A stretch of DNA of 64,000 nt, taken from NCBI RefSeq assembly GCF_009914755.1, contig NC_060947.1. One strand, 5' to 3'. Below are positions 48,725-62,382 of this stretch, one piece after another. How positions within the stretch are numbered: the stretch's first letter is position 1; each line of letters starts with the position of its first letter. A program made the position numbers and the translations under genes. The notes under the pieces are model-generated. The model saw nothing but the letters and a program-made list of their open reading frames with translations, made no database searches and was not told the origin of the DNA. This DNA is from the human T2T-CHM13v2.0 reference genome, Homo sapiens.

Positions 48725-50083
48725 ACACACTATCTATATTCTGTCATTAACATTCTTCACAGCTTCTTTGAAATATAATTAGACATATGATAAAATTTAT
48801 CTATTACATTTTAAATGTCAAAGCTTGTATTTTAAAATAAATTTTTACATTGTTAATAATTATTTGGTCAACTTTCCCAATCATAATATTGGGATTATAC
48901 TCAAATATATGGCTGTGCTAAGGGAAAATTTCACAATTCTGTTTTCAGAAGTTGTAGTAGAATAAACTACTTTTTTTTTTTTAGCAGTTTACTTTTCTCG
49001 ATCACTTAAAGTTTGCCTGATAAGTATTAGAACTCTGTCTCTATGTCTGACAATCACAGTTTAATGCTGGCCTGGGTTCTTTTTTATGAATCTCAGCAAA
49101 AATTTTGAAATTGTAAATGACAATATAGTTTGTGTATACATTTTTAATTCAGGTTACACTGCCTCAGAAGAATGTTGCTTAGTATATATTCATTGGATGA
49201 TGCACAGGGGCTGATATTAAAATAGTCATGATAAAGTTGCACTGATTTTAATGGTATGCATTTAAATATAAATGAGAATAGTGGTCCAAGTAAATTCCAT
49301 CATATTTTGAGCAGAGTTATTATAAATTACGGTCAACTTGCAAGAAGTAATAAAGACCCGCTGGCTTTGATGTTTATTGAATGCATATATAGGTGACTAT
49401 AGTTCTTTTAAAAATGTGAAGATATACATCATATAAAGTTCTTTTCTTAAAGTGCTAAATAAAATTAGAAAGACTGAATGAATGCATCAACAAAGAAATG
49501 GTGTGCAACGACTTATGAAAAACAATATATTCTTTTCAATATATCTACATCTTGTCACTAATGACTCACATGAAAGGTATGCTGCAATGAAGTCCAAATA
49601 AAATAGTTCTCCTGATGAGACCTTTCCAGTTTCTTGGTTAGATATTATTTTATTTTCCACTTTTAAAAATTGTCCCTTGTCATTTCTTTAAAGCCCCGAG
49701 CATGAAAAACAAAATCTAGTTACTAAGAGCTAATCATTTGTTAAAACTGTAAAAAGTGGACATTCCTCTCAGTGAATGTCTGTCACAGCAGAAACAATGA
49801 TTACAGCCAATATATTATGCCTCAGACATGACAACTTGTTGGCTTCTCAAAATTCTGCTTTTCCTTGGTTAGTTTCTTTTGAACTCAAAATAGTTTACAT
49901 TGCAATTTTTATTGAACCAATTCTAGATTGGCATGATGTTTTAAGGATAAAACAAAGAGATCTCCTGGTTTTCTTACCTGTTGTCTAAGATCTTGCAAAA
50001 GTATAGTGTAATATCACATGTACACTCATTTGTATATATGTGTGTATTCAGCTCTGTGCAATTTTATCACATGTGTATGTTCA

Positions 50084-50286
<203 letters not shown>

Positions 50287-50394
50287 TTATAACCATACTC
50301 ATCTTTATCTCATTACCCTTCTTTATGCGTAACCTCTGACGACCACTAATCTGTTCTCAATTTTTATAATTTTGGGATTTTAAGAATGCATGTA

Positions 50395-50506
50395 AGCCAG
50401 GCATGTTGGTACACACCTGTAGTTCCAGCTATATGGCAGGCTGAGGTAGAAGGATTGCTTGAGCCCAGGAGTTTGAGGCCAGCCTGGGCAACATAGTGAA
50501 ACCTCG
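50395..50506 (+). mobile_element. FLAM-type Alu monomer without A tail
   Basis: ggattgcttgagcccaggagtttgaggccagcctgggcaacatagtgaaacc. Confidence 0.85.
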
Positions 50507-52699
50507 TATGTAACATTTTGGGATCGGCTTTTTCACTTAGCATAATTCTCTGGAGGTTCATTCAAGTTGTTGTGTGCATCAGCTGTTCATTCCTTTTTAT
50601 TACTGGGTAGTATTCCATGGTATGAATGTACCACAATTTGTCTACCTACTCACCTGCTGAAGGCCACCTAGGCTGTTTTGAATTTTTGGTTATTATGAAT
50701 AAAGCTATGAACATTAGTGTACAATCTTTTGTGTAAATATGAGTTTTAATTTCTCTGAAATAAATGTCCAAAGGTGTAATTGCTAGGTCACATGTTTAGT
50801 TTTGAAACTGCCAAATTTTTTTCCAGAATGTCTATACCACTTTATTGCCATCAGCAATGTATGCTTGATTCATTTCTCTGCAACCTCTCCAGCATTTGGT
50901 GGTATTATTATTATTATTATTAAATTTAGCATTCTGATAGATGTATAATGATATCTCATTGTGGATTAAATTTGCATTTCCCTGATGGCTAACTCTGCTG
51001 AACATCTTTTCTTGTGCATGTTTGACATTCGGATTTACTCTTTGTTGAAATAGCAGTTGATAGTTTTGTCCGTGTTCTGACTGAACTGCTCTCTTTTTTT
51101 TACCATTGAATTTTTAAAGTTCATTAGTAGTGTAGATATTATTCCTTTTTTCAGATATGTGAATTGCAAATATTTTCTGCCAATCTTCTCACAGAATCTT
51201 GTAAATCATAAGATTTCATTTCTAATGAAATCTAATTAAGCAATTTCACCTTGTAAGCATTTCACTTTAGGTGTCAAGTACAAAAGCACTTTGCCTAACC
51301 TTAAATTCTGAAATTTTAAAAAATATTTTTGTAGACGTTTTATAATTTTACACCTTACATTTGAGTTAATTTTGAATTAATTTTTGAATTAAATTTTAAA
51401 TTAATTTTTGTGTAAAGTATGAAGTTTAAATCAAGGTACATTATTTTATTTATAAATATCCAATTGCATGAGAAACACTTATAGAAAAGGATACCCTTCC
51501 TTCATTGAATCACTTTTGCGCCCTTTTCAAAAATCGATCAGACATTTGTGAGAATTTATTTCTGGGTGGTCTACTTTGTTCCAGTTATCTATGTTTCTAT
51601 TCCCTTGTCAGTACCTCACTGTCTTGATTATTGTAGCTATTTAATAGGCCTTAATGTAAGGTAGAGTGATTCCTTCCATTTTATTCTTTTTCAGAATTGT
51701 TTTAATTATTCTAGGTCATGTGCCTTTCCATATAATTTTAGAATAGCTTATTTATACCTCCAAAATAACTAAAGATGCCTTAGTAGTGGGAAAAAAGGTC
51801 TTGATACCACCAACAGTAAGTTTGACCTTCATCTAAATTAAACCAGATTTTGTTACAGCATTTTTAATGGTATACTTTAATTTTGGCTTATGATATCAAG
51901 GGTTGTTCACGTAGCCCACTTTAAGTTTTTCTATCTCTCTGTAGATGACTAGTTATAAAATATTTTGATTTCTGCTATTCTTTGCTTGCAATAATTACTT
52001 CCTGTGGAGATGAATGTGAATAAAGGGTAGAAATTAAAATTCCTGTAATCACTTAATAATTTGGGTCTACAGTTCGATTGAGAGTTTAGACATATATCCA
52101 AAGAAATTATTCTGAATTATCTATTAATCACTGCATCCTTAGCGCTGACAAGGCCACTTTCTAACAATAGATCTAATCATTTCAAGATGAGCCACAATTA
52201 GAATGAATATGATAACGAGCTGATAATCTGGGCCAAGAGTCTGATCCCATGAGCCTAAGATAGAAACCTCTGTTTCACTATTGATTTAACATTAAGGGGC
52301 ATGCATTAAGTCTTGTGGCTCTGGAGATTTATACATGTTTAAAGCCTTCAATGAACCTAGCTTTTTTACTTTTGGACCGTAATCACTAGCTGAATAAAAT
52401 GTTTTATTTTTTAAAACATATTTTCTATGCTTTAGGCAAACTAGATCAGTATTATACAATTTTCTGTAATTTTCACAAGCTAATGATTCCCTTGGGACCC
52501 TAAAGCAAAAGTTTTCCCACTCACAGTCTTTTACTGTCATTCAAAGCACTTTTATACATATCAGCAATTAATTGATCTTCCTTAAGTAATTTTTAGTAGC
52601 TGACTTGGTCAGTGGATTGTAAGATTGTTTCTTTTTGAATCATAGTATTCTCAAGGTTTCACACAGTGCATAATTAAAATAATGATCGTCATCAAAATA

Positions 52700-52940
52700 A
52701 TAACCAGAATTTGTTAAGTGCTTACTACAGGACTGTGTGTTAGTGCTTTACTGTGTTAACTCAATTAGCCCTCACAGCCACCGTTTCTTATACTCACTAT
52801 TGTCATTGGTGTTTTACAGATTAATAGACTTAAGAACAAAGTAGTTGGAGTAATTAAGTAACTTTCCCACGGTCATAGAGTTAAGTGGTAGAATTGGGTT
52901 TTGAGAGAGGCAGTCTGCTCCCAGAGCCTGCGATCTAAAG
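52700..52940 (-). mobile_element. MIR, followed by an L2 3' end at ~52945-52990
   Basis: ttaagtaactttcccacggtcatagag...gcagtctgctcccagagcc. Confidence 0.8.
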
Positions 52941-54445
52941 TGCTATGCCTGTCACATAGTAGATGCTCAATAATATTTGTTGATTGAGGAAATTCCATAA
53001 TTAGCGTTCCCAAAGAAATACAACTCTATCATTCTTCCAAAAGTACCAATGATAAGCAATTAATAGTAAAAATAAAAATGTCCTGAATACAGAGCTCTGG
53101 TGCGAATAAACTCAGCCAGAAAGATCAGTGGAACCATCCAGTGTTTTATGTTGAGTTGGAAACTGAAAATAAGAGCTGCACAATATGATAAACTGGGAAA
53201 AAAGGAGATCTATATGATAGATTCACAAAGAGTACATATGTACAAGTTTAAAATATTTTAGATACTTTAAGAGCTAAATACTGGGAAGACGCCTGAGGCG
53301 GATGAGCCTCTAGGGGAATGAAATACCTTTTTAAATAAAGCTCAGACCCTATCTTATGCAGTTTTAATGTAAGCCTTTGATAATTCAAGACTTCGTGGAT
53401 CACTCAGGAGGAGTGCTTTTATTTCTGTATTATGGAAATCTGGCAGCATGATAGATATTGGAATTGAGCTGTGGTAAATATTAAGTTGCCCCTGAAGTAA
53501 TGCTTATTGTATATCTCTGCTAAAGCTGTAACTAAATATTTATAAATTATTCTGAGAGACAAAATTATACAATGATACCTCTATTAATGAAGAAAAAGTT
53601 GCCAGACTATTTTGACATCACTATACTCTTGTCTCTGTTCCCTTAAGGAGACTCTAATCTCTGTGAGGACAAAGATGAGTATGTCTATTCTGGCAATCTC
53701 TGTATACTTAAAAGCTAGCCTGGTGAATGAATAAATGAATGAGCAACTAGCCTGGTGAATGAATGAGTGGGTTAGAAATGGTGTAGGAGACAAAAATTTA
53801 TCCTAAGCTGTAGATTTCCCAGCTTTGACACATTGGGCAGTCCTTCCTACATGAAGGGAGGATAGATTGTTAAACCTTGGCCTTTTGTCCACACAAAGGA
53901 GGTTCTCCTTACATATGATGCACCTTGATTAACCATGGGGAAAGTGAGTAGAGACCTAAAATGGTTGAATTGAAATATTTGTCAATTGTACAATTTAATA
54001 GTTTAACTACATTATAAAAATAAATGGATTAATACTCAAACTGATTAAACGATCCATGTTAGGGGCTGGCCATGTTACTTGCATATTTAAAAATACTGAA
54101 TATCCTAATAGATAGTATAAATCTAATTGTAAATTTTGGGGGGGAATTAACTTAGAGAACTTCATGAGGTAAATACAAATGTAATTGCATAACACTAAAA
54201 TTAATTCAAATGCCTATACTGTAGAAACATATCGGAATGTTCTTCCTGTAGCATAGATGATCATTTAATTAGGAAACAAAGTACTACAGAGGTTACATAA
54301 TATTCATCTACTCATAATTATTCATGCATATTTCCCATCGTTTTCATCATCTAACTCACTTATTCATAGGCGTTGGGGCATATTGGACATGAACTCCCAG
54401 TAGTATAATATTTATTTTGTACATATTTATATCTAAGTTATATAG

Positions 54446-54781
<336 letters not shown>

Positions 54782-55573
54782 TGAAAAGAGTTTTACATAC
54801 TTACTTACAGTCGATGTGATTTTGGCAAATAGTAGAAATCTCTGTTTCTCATTTTTAAAAATGTAAAAGTAGGATATTTACTATGATAAAATATTTAAAA
54901 ATAAATTCAGATAATATATATTAAATACCTAACAGAATGTCTGGTTCAGAGAACACTTAAAAATAGTTGATGTCAAAAATAGTTGACGTATAAGAAGAAA
55001 GAAAGGAGGAATGGAGAGAAAGAGGATTTTACATGACCTTCAAAATGACTTCTAAAGATAGAAGGTGTATGTTGTTGTTATTCCAATTTTACAGATTAAT
55101 AATTTGAGATTCAAGGACTTGCTCAGTGTCACACAGCTCTTTGATCCCTTAGAGTATTGCCAGCATTTTATTTATCTGCCCACGATAACACTTATCTAGT
55201 AATTATCTATTTCAGCTTCTAAACTATGAGTCGATTAAACTCTGAGTTCCTCTAGGACAGAAGCCTTATCGCATTCATTTTCTATGACTTAGAAAGCTTG
55301 CACATAGTACCAAATAGGCTATTGCAAAATGCTTTACTAATGAAGAGTAACTGTATTTACTGGGACTGTAACCTGTATTTGGCTATTTAAAGCCTGATAC
55401 TTCTTCCATGTGTCATGCTTACTTATTCATCTCAACTCTCCAGAAACTTACATATTTGTGGTCAACAGTCTTTCCAGGCATTTAAAAAAAATAAATTAGT
55501 TAACTGATGGAACAACCCATTTTCTGACTAGCTTCCTCTTTTCCTGAGGTGGAAGCATGTCTCTTTGGTTACT

Positions 55574-56012
55574 TGTATTGTTTTCTAGGACTGCCATAAC
55601 ACATTGCCACGAAGTTTGGTGGCTTAAAACAATAGAAAATTATTCTCTCATAGTTCTGCAGGCTAGAAGTCTGAAATCAGGTGTTCTCAGAGCCGTGCTC
55701 CCTCTGAAAGCTCTAGGTAAGAATTCTTCCGTGTCTTTTCCAGCTTCTGGTTGCACTGGCTGTCCTTGGCTACTAATTGCACCACTCCAATCTCTGCCTC
55801 CATCTTCACATGGCCTTCTCTTCATGTGTTGTTGTGTGCCTTTTTCTTATAAGGACGTCAGTCGTTGGATCTAGGGATTCCTAAATCCAGGATGATTTTT
55901 ATCTCTAGAGTCTTAGCTAATTACATCTGCAAAGACCTTATTTCCAAATAAGGCCACACTTTGAGTTGTGAGTGGACATGAGTTTTTGGAGGGCGTTATT
56001 TCACCCTCTGTA
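55574..56012 (-). mobile_element. MaLR solo LTR, MLT1C-like
   Basis: ggtggcttaaaacaatagaaa...ttacatctgcaaagaccttatttccaaataagg. Confidence 0.88.
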
Positions 56013-56557
56013 GCTATTGTGCATTATTTGAGTTGATAGTATTGAGACAGGTTTAGTGAAACCTGACAACAATTTAGTGAAACCTGACAAACATAAAAAT
56101 AATGAATTCAACTGGAAAAAAATGAGTGGCTTTGTCTTGAACTTCACTTTTCTTAGGTGATTTGAAATAAAGTTGAAAATTTCACAGAAAATGCACTGAA
56201 AGTGGAAGTTCAGCATGGAATTGCTAGAGGAGTTTGAAACAGAGAGAATAGAGTAGCATCAACTAAGAACTCAGGGAAACTATATGATAATCCCAGAAGA
56301 CAATATGTTTCCCACCTAGGAAATAAACAAGAGATGGAACCAGGTATCAGGCAATTATAATAACTTCTCAATCTGTTATAAGCTAGGAAATATTACCTTG
56401 AAACTAAATCCTTAGGGATAAATCAAAAGGAATGCAGCCACATTCTAGGTTCAAGTCAGTATCAGAAAGTTAGTTATATATATAACTAGTCTTTAATTAA
56501 AATTACTATAATAGCATTTTACTTTCACTTAAGGCCCATACTAATGAAATAGTAATG

Positions 56558-56795
56558 TTATTTTATTTTTTTCTTTAATATGGACAAATAATAAGCATAC
56601 ATACTTATGGGGTACATGTGATATTTTGATACATGCATGCAATGTGTAATGATCAAATTAGGGTAGTTAGGATATCCATCACCTCAAGCAGTTGTCATTT
56701 CTTTTTGTTGGGAACATTCCAAATCTTCTAGATATTTTGAAATGTTTAATAAATTATTATTAACTATAGTTACTCTACTGTGCTATCAAACATAG
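56558..56795 (-). mobile_element. L1MA-type 3' end fragment
   Basis: ttatggggtacatgtgatattttgatacatgcat...atatccatcacctcaagca. Confidence 0.85.
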
Positions 56796-56820
56796 ATTGA
56801 AGGAATAAGTTTTAGTAATT

Positions 56821-57135
56821 TTATTTTATTTTATTTATTTGAGACAGAGTCTCACTCTGTCGCCCAGGCTGGAGTCAGTGGTGCGATCTTGGCTCCGCCT
56901 CCTGGGTTCAAGCAATTCCGCCTCCTGGGTTCAAGCAATTCTCTGCCTCTGCCTCCTGAGTAGCTGGGATTGCAGGCGCCCATCACCATGCCCGGCTAAT
57001 ATTTTTGTATTTTTAGTAGAGACAGGGTTTCACCACATTGGCCAGGCTGGTCTCGAATTCCTGACCTTAGGTGATCCACCAGCCTTGGCCTCCCAATGTG
57101 CTGGGATTACAGGCATGAGCCACTGTGCCCGGCCA
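56821..57135 (-). mobile_element. Alu, AluSx-like, with internal 23-bp duplication
   Basis: Dimer. TSD agtaatt. Confidence 0.95.
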
Positions 57136-58427
57136 GTAATTCTCCTTTTAAATACCCTTTTATCTGTCCTGGAGTTTGATATAAAGGCAAGCTTTTAATC
57201 TTTTCTTCTTATCACATATATATACATACATATATATGTATGTATATATATATAGTTTGTCATACTATTATCTAATATGAAAACCAGATATTCACAGAAT
57301 TAAACAGTATTGAAGCTATTACATTTTTAAAAAATGCTTTCCTTCTAGTAAATAAGAAAGATCATTTGTATTCTGTTGTTTATTCTCGTAATCACTTTAT
57401 TGGTTTTATGTTCATTGTGCAAACATCTACAAGCTTTAATAGACACAATATACATTCTCAGTCAGATTTTCACATGCCACAAGAGTGACACGTTAAGATG
57501 ATCTGTAATTTAAAGTGATGTTGGAGCCATTTGCATAGATCTTTAGCAGCAAATAAAGGTATCTTTATGCAAAATTCAAACTATTAAAAATAAAACATTG
57601 TTTCAACTGACATGCAATCTTTTCAGAAAGCAGATGTGCCTGTCACATTGCTTTTGTTACTAACATAGTAAAGAATGTTTCAGGGCAAGACTAGGGTTTT
57701 GAATAAGCCAAAACAATTATGTGAGAATAAGGTGCAACTGTACTCTAATTCAACTGTGTCTCCTGCTAAGAAGCTGGGAATTTGGCAGTAGCCATAATAT
57801 TCTGCTTCTACATTGTTTTGAGAATATTTTGTCCCTGTTAAGCTTTGTTAGATGGACCCTAGGATCCATTTTGAGAATAGCATTGGTTTTTATCCCCTTT
57901 AATTTGGCTTTCATTATAGTACTTTATATAATCTGCATGTTCCAATTCCAAGATGCAGGATTCGTAAAAAATCATTTCAAGTAGACTCAATCAAATACTC
58001 CTAATTTCCTTAGTCCTTGTCCGGTAACTGCAATATCATCGTCCCATGATATTGTGTCTCTTCTTCCAATTGTCTTTTTTTCGGACTTTAACAGTGATAT
58101 ACAGTTGTTGGGATTTTAATACATAATAATTTGATAATCTTTTAAAAATTGTCATTCGCTCTAACGGAGGGAATTTCCTTATTTAAAATATGTATTTGAA
58201 ATGATGGGTAAATTCATATTAGGTAATGAGTAATTTTTCAACCCTTTGAAAGGATGAGTTTGGCACTTTTTTGACAAATGTCACTTCATATAGTAGAATA
58301 GTTATGCTACATAATTGTATTAATATAATTAAACCAATTTTGGATACCTGCCTATAGTCTTTAAAAATATTTGGATAGGAATAGTTAGTTTTGAACTATA
58401 AAGTTAATGAGTTAAAAACAAATTACC

Positions 58428-59171
58428 TTGTTGGTGAGGATATAGAGAAATTGGAAAACTCATACATCATTGGAGGGAATATGAAATAGTACAGTTGCTT
58501 TGGAAAACAGTCTGGCAGTCACTCGAACAGTTAAACACAGAGTTATCATATGACGGAGCAATTCCACTCCAAGGTACATAAACAAAAGAAATGAAAAGAT
58601 ATGTCCATTCAGAAACTTGAGGTGAATATTTTTAATTTATAGCAGCATTATTCATAATGGCTAAATGTGCAAACAACTCAAATGTCCATCAACTGATGAA
58701 TGTTTAAACAAAATAATGTGTGTATGTATATATATATATATATATATAAAATAATATGTATAAAAATATATATAAAATATATATATGAATAATATTTGGC
58801 CATAAAAAAGGAATGAATTACTGAAACATGCTACAATATGGATAAATCTTGAAGCTATTATGCTAAGTGAAAAAAATCTAGTCACAAAAGACTACCTATT
58901 ATAGGACTCCATTCATATGTGCAGAACAGGGTAATTTATAGAGATGGAAATAGTAAATGTTTAAATTTGGGGGTTGAGAAATGGGAATATAAGAGGTGAT
59001 AGATCAAGGATATGGTGTTTCTTTTTGAGGTGATGAGAATGTTCCAAAAATTGGCCATGGCGATTGTTACAGATATCTGTGAATATAGTAAAAAAAACCT
59101 CTGAATTGACACTTTAAGTAGGTGAATTGTACGGTATGTAAATTGTATATCAATAAAGGTGTTAAAATAAA
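58428..59171 (+). mobile_element. L1MB-like 3' end with internal TA-rich tract (58725-58790)
   Basis: gttggtgaggatatagagaaattggaa...aaatgtccatcaactgatgaatg...tgtatatcaataaag. Confidence 0.88.
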
Positions 59172-59174
59172 TTA

Positions 59175-60050
59175 CCATTAATAGTAGCTAACATATATAT
59201 AACTCTTACAAATGGCAGTTACTGTTTGAGTTAATTAATTTTTTTAATGCACTTTACGAATATTCTGAAGCAGGAACCCTTATTTCTCTATTGTACACAT
59301 TATAGAACTAATGCAAAAGGGTAACACAGGTAAAGCGGTAGAGCTAGGAGTTGAACCTCGATAATACGGTTCCAGAATTTATGCTTGTAACCAAGATTCA
59401 TAATTAATTATTATACACTGGCTCCAATTATGTATAATTATATAATTAAAGAATAAAGGAGTATAGCTTATTCTTTTATTAAGCCTATAAATATTTATTG
59501 CAGGTATACTTTGTGCCAGGTACTTTTATAGGGATTGAGGATATAGCAGTATTCCAAAATCCAAAATGAAAAAAAGAAAAATTCCTCCTGCTATGGAGCT
59601 TAAATTCTTAAATTTTTAAGAATGTAAACTTTAGAATTGAGCAAATTTGGTTTTAAACCTCAGCTCTGTCCCTTGTAAGTAGAGCAACTAGGTAAGTTTC
59701 TTAATCTCTTTGATCCATCTTTTTCCTATTTGTAAAATGAGAATAATATTTTGCCCACATCATAGGGTCAATGTAAGAATTAAATGAGATGTTACTTGTA
59801 AAGCATTTACTTAAATGCCTAATAATCTATAAATACAAGGTGATGATGGCAATGGCAGTGACGACCGTAGTATCAATGCTCCTGTAAATGTCACCATCAT
59901 TATTATCATCATTATCATCAATAAGGGTAGTTAATGCCGTGGATTTAGTGCCTCCTAAAGTTTGTTTTAATAAGATCATACAGCTACTTGTGTGTGGAAC
60001 CAGGACTAAAAATTGAATCTTCTGATTTTGAATGTCATGTTATCTTTATT
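59175..60050. mobile_element. Cluster of MIR and L2 fragments in both orientations
   Basis: MIR(-) ~59180-59400, L2(-) ~59470-59610, MIR(+) ~59620-59825, MIR(-) ~59935-60045. Confidence 0.65.
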
Positions 60051-60511
60051 GTTATAAAGATGCTACACAATTTTTATGCTAGCCTCAAATTTAGCCAAAA
60101 AATAATAAGACAATAGAAATACCTAGGTGCATTCTGATAAATTTGTTCTTTTAAAGAGGTCATTTACATTTTAGAAAGAAAATAGTCAATAAGCAAATGT
60201 TGAGAATAAAATTTAAGATTATTGTTATTATTATTACATTTACCAGTGTCTTTTCTTTAAAACCACCAGCACTCTAAGTTGATAACTGAATAGAGTTCTG
60301 AAATAGAATGTCTACCAAAACAAAGTAAACTGGGTCGTGGTAGTTATATTTATTTAAAAGAAGTAAAAATTAAGTTGGCTTAAAGTTGTAATATTTTTCC
60401 TCAGTCATAGGACCTATGTATTTAATTTTCAAGTACAGATTGGAAGAAGGTATTCCACATGGAATACCTGCATTAGCAACCTGACTTCACAAGCTTCTAG
60501 TTTGTCATGTT

Positions 60512-60535
60512 ACACACACACACACACACACACAC
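60512..60535. repeat. (CA)n microsatellite
   Basis: About 12 AC units. Confidence 0.95.
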
Positions 60536-61280
60536 GCATGTGTGCGCACATGCATATGAAAAGCTTTCTTCTCTAGTTTCATCCATTCATTAGACAAATA
60601 TGTATTGAGGATTTTCTACGTGTTCACAGTGATAAATATTTTCATTTTGACCATGACATTTAGAAAATGTACCATAACACTTCCAGTCCTGCACAACACT
60701 GCCAACATCATTTTGATAAGTGTTTTTAGTTAAATCTTGACCTTTATTGGACATCTCAAGTTGATATTGCACCAGATTCAGTGAATAAATATTTAGGAAT
60801 GATTTTTTTTTTAAATTGGATGAGATTTTAGTCAACTTTTAAAAGAAATCTGTGCTCAGTAAATACATTGTTTCTGGAACATGTTCTTTTCTACTCTGTT
60901 TCTACTCAGTAGACAGAGTAGTGACTTAGGATAAACTCTAGTGTCTTTATCCTCCAGAAGGTTTCTTCCACTTTCGGTTACCTTCATTTAGAGACATGGA
61001 TTCCCTGACTTCCCATTCCCGTCTAACTTCCTTTACTCTGACATTAATCTTAGTGGTCAAAAGTCCCTAATGCTTGTGTTCACAAGGATACACACTCTGT
61101 AACCAGCAGGAATACACAAGAAAGATGTACTTGAAACCAGAATGAAGATAGCAGCTGTACTTTGCACAGGTAAGAAAAGAAAAAAAAAAGTTGTAAACCT
61201 GGAGACAGGATAAAGAAGGAGTATTTTGCCGAGAGACTGCACAAAAGCAATACTCTTGGGTAATAGATCTTTCCTTGACC

Positions 61281-62382
61281 TCACTCTTCTACATACGGAT
61301 ATGTAGCTTTCCCAGCACCATTTATTGAAGAGACTGTTTTTTCCCCAGTATTTGTCCTTGCCAACTTTGTCAAAAATGAGTTCAGTGTAGGTGTGCGGAT
61401 TTGTTTCTGGGTTCTCCATTCTGTTTCATTGGCTTATGTGTCTGTTTTTATGCCAGTATCATGCTGTTTTGGTCACTACAGCTCAGTAGTATAAACTGAA
61501 GTCAGGTAATATAATTCCTCCACTTTTCTTTTAGCTTTGGATGGCTTTGGCTATTCTGGGTCTTTTGTGGTTCCATATAAATTTTAGAATTGTTTTTTCT
61601 CTTTCTGTGAAGAATGTCATTGATATTTTGATAGGGATTGCATTGAATCTGTAGACTGCTGTGAATAGTATAAATATTTTAACAATATTGTTTTTTCCAA
61701 TCCATGAACATGGAATATTTTTCTAATTTTTGGTGTCCTCTTCAATTTCTTTTAGTAGTGTTTTATAGCTTTTATTATGGAGATCTTTCACTTCTTCAGT
61801 TAAGTTAATTTCTGGATTTTTGTTTTTATGTGTGGCTATTGTAAATGGGATTACTTTTTTAATCTCTTTCTCAGATTGTTCTCTGTTGGCATATAGAAAT
61901 GCTACTGATTTTTGTATGTTCATTTTGAATCCTGCAACTTTACTGAATTTATTTATCAGTTCAATAGTTTTCTTGTGGAGTCTAGGTTTTCCATATATAA
62001 GAACATATGATCTGCAAACAAGGTTAATTAGACTATTTCCACTCCAATTTGGTTCCCCTTTATTTCTTTCTCTTGTCTGATTGCTCTAGCTAGGACTTCC
62101 AGTACTATGTTGAATAACAGTGGTGAAAATTGGCATCCTTGTTGTGTTCCAGATCTTAGAGAAAAGGCTTTCAGTTTTTTTCTCATTAAGTATGTGAGTC
62201 TGTCATATATGGCTTTTATTATGTTGAGGTATGTTCCTACTATACCCAGTTAAAGGGTTTTTATCATGCAATGATGTTGAATTTTATCATCTGTTTTTTC
62301 AGCATCAATTGAAATGATCATATGGTTTTTGTCTATCGTTCTGTTGATACAATGTATCACATTGATTGGTTTGTGTACATTG
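61281..62382 (-). mobile_element. Old L1 (L1PB/L1MA-like) ORF2 RT-region fragment
   Basis: Diverged ORF2 peptides NIQKSVAFLYAN and LFNKWCWE (ORFs 61723..61923, 61057..61419). Confidence 0.88.
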
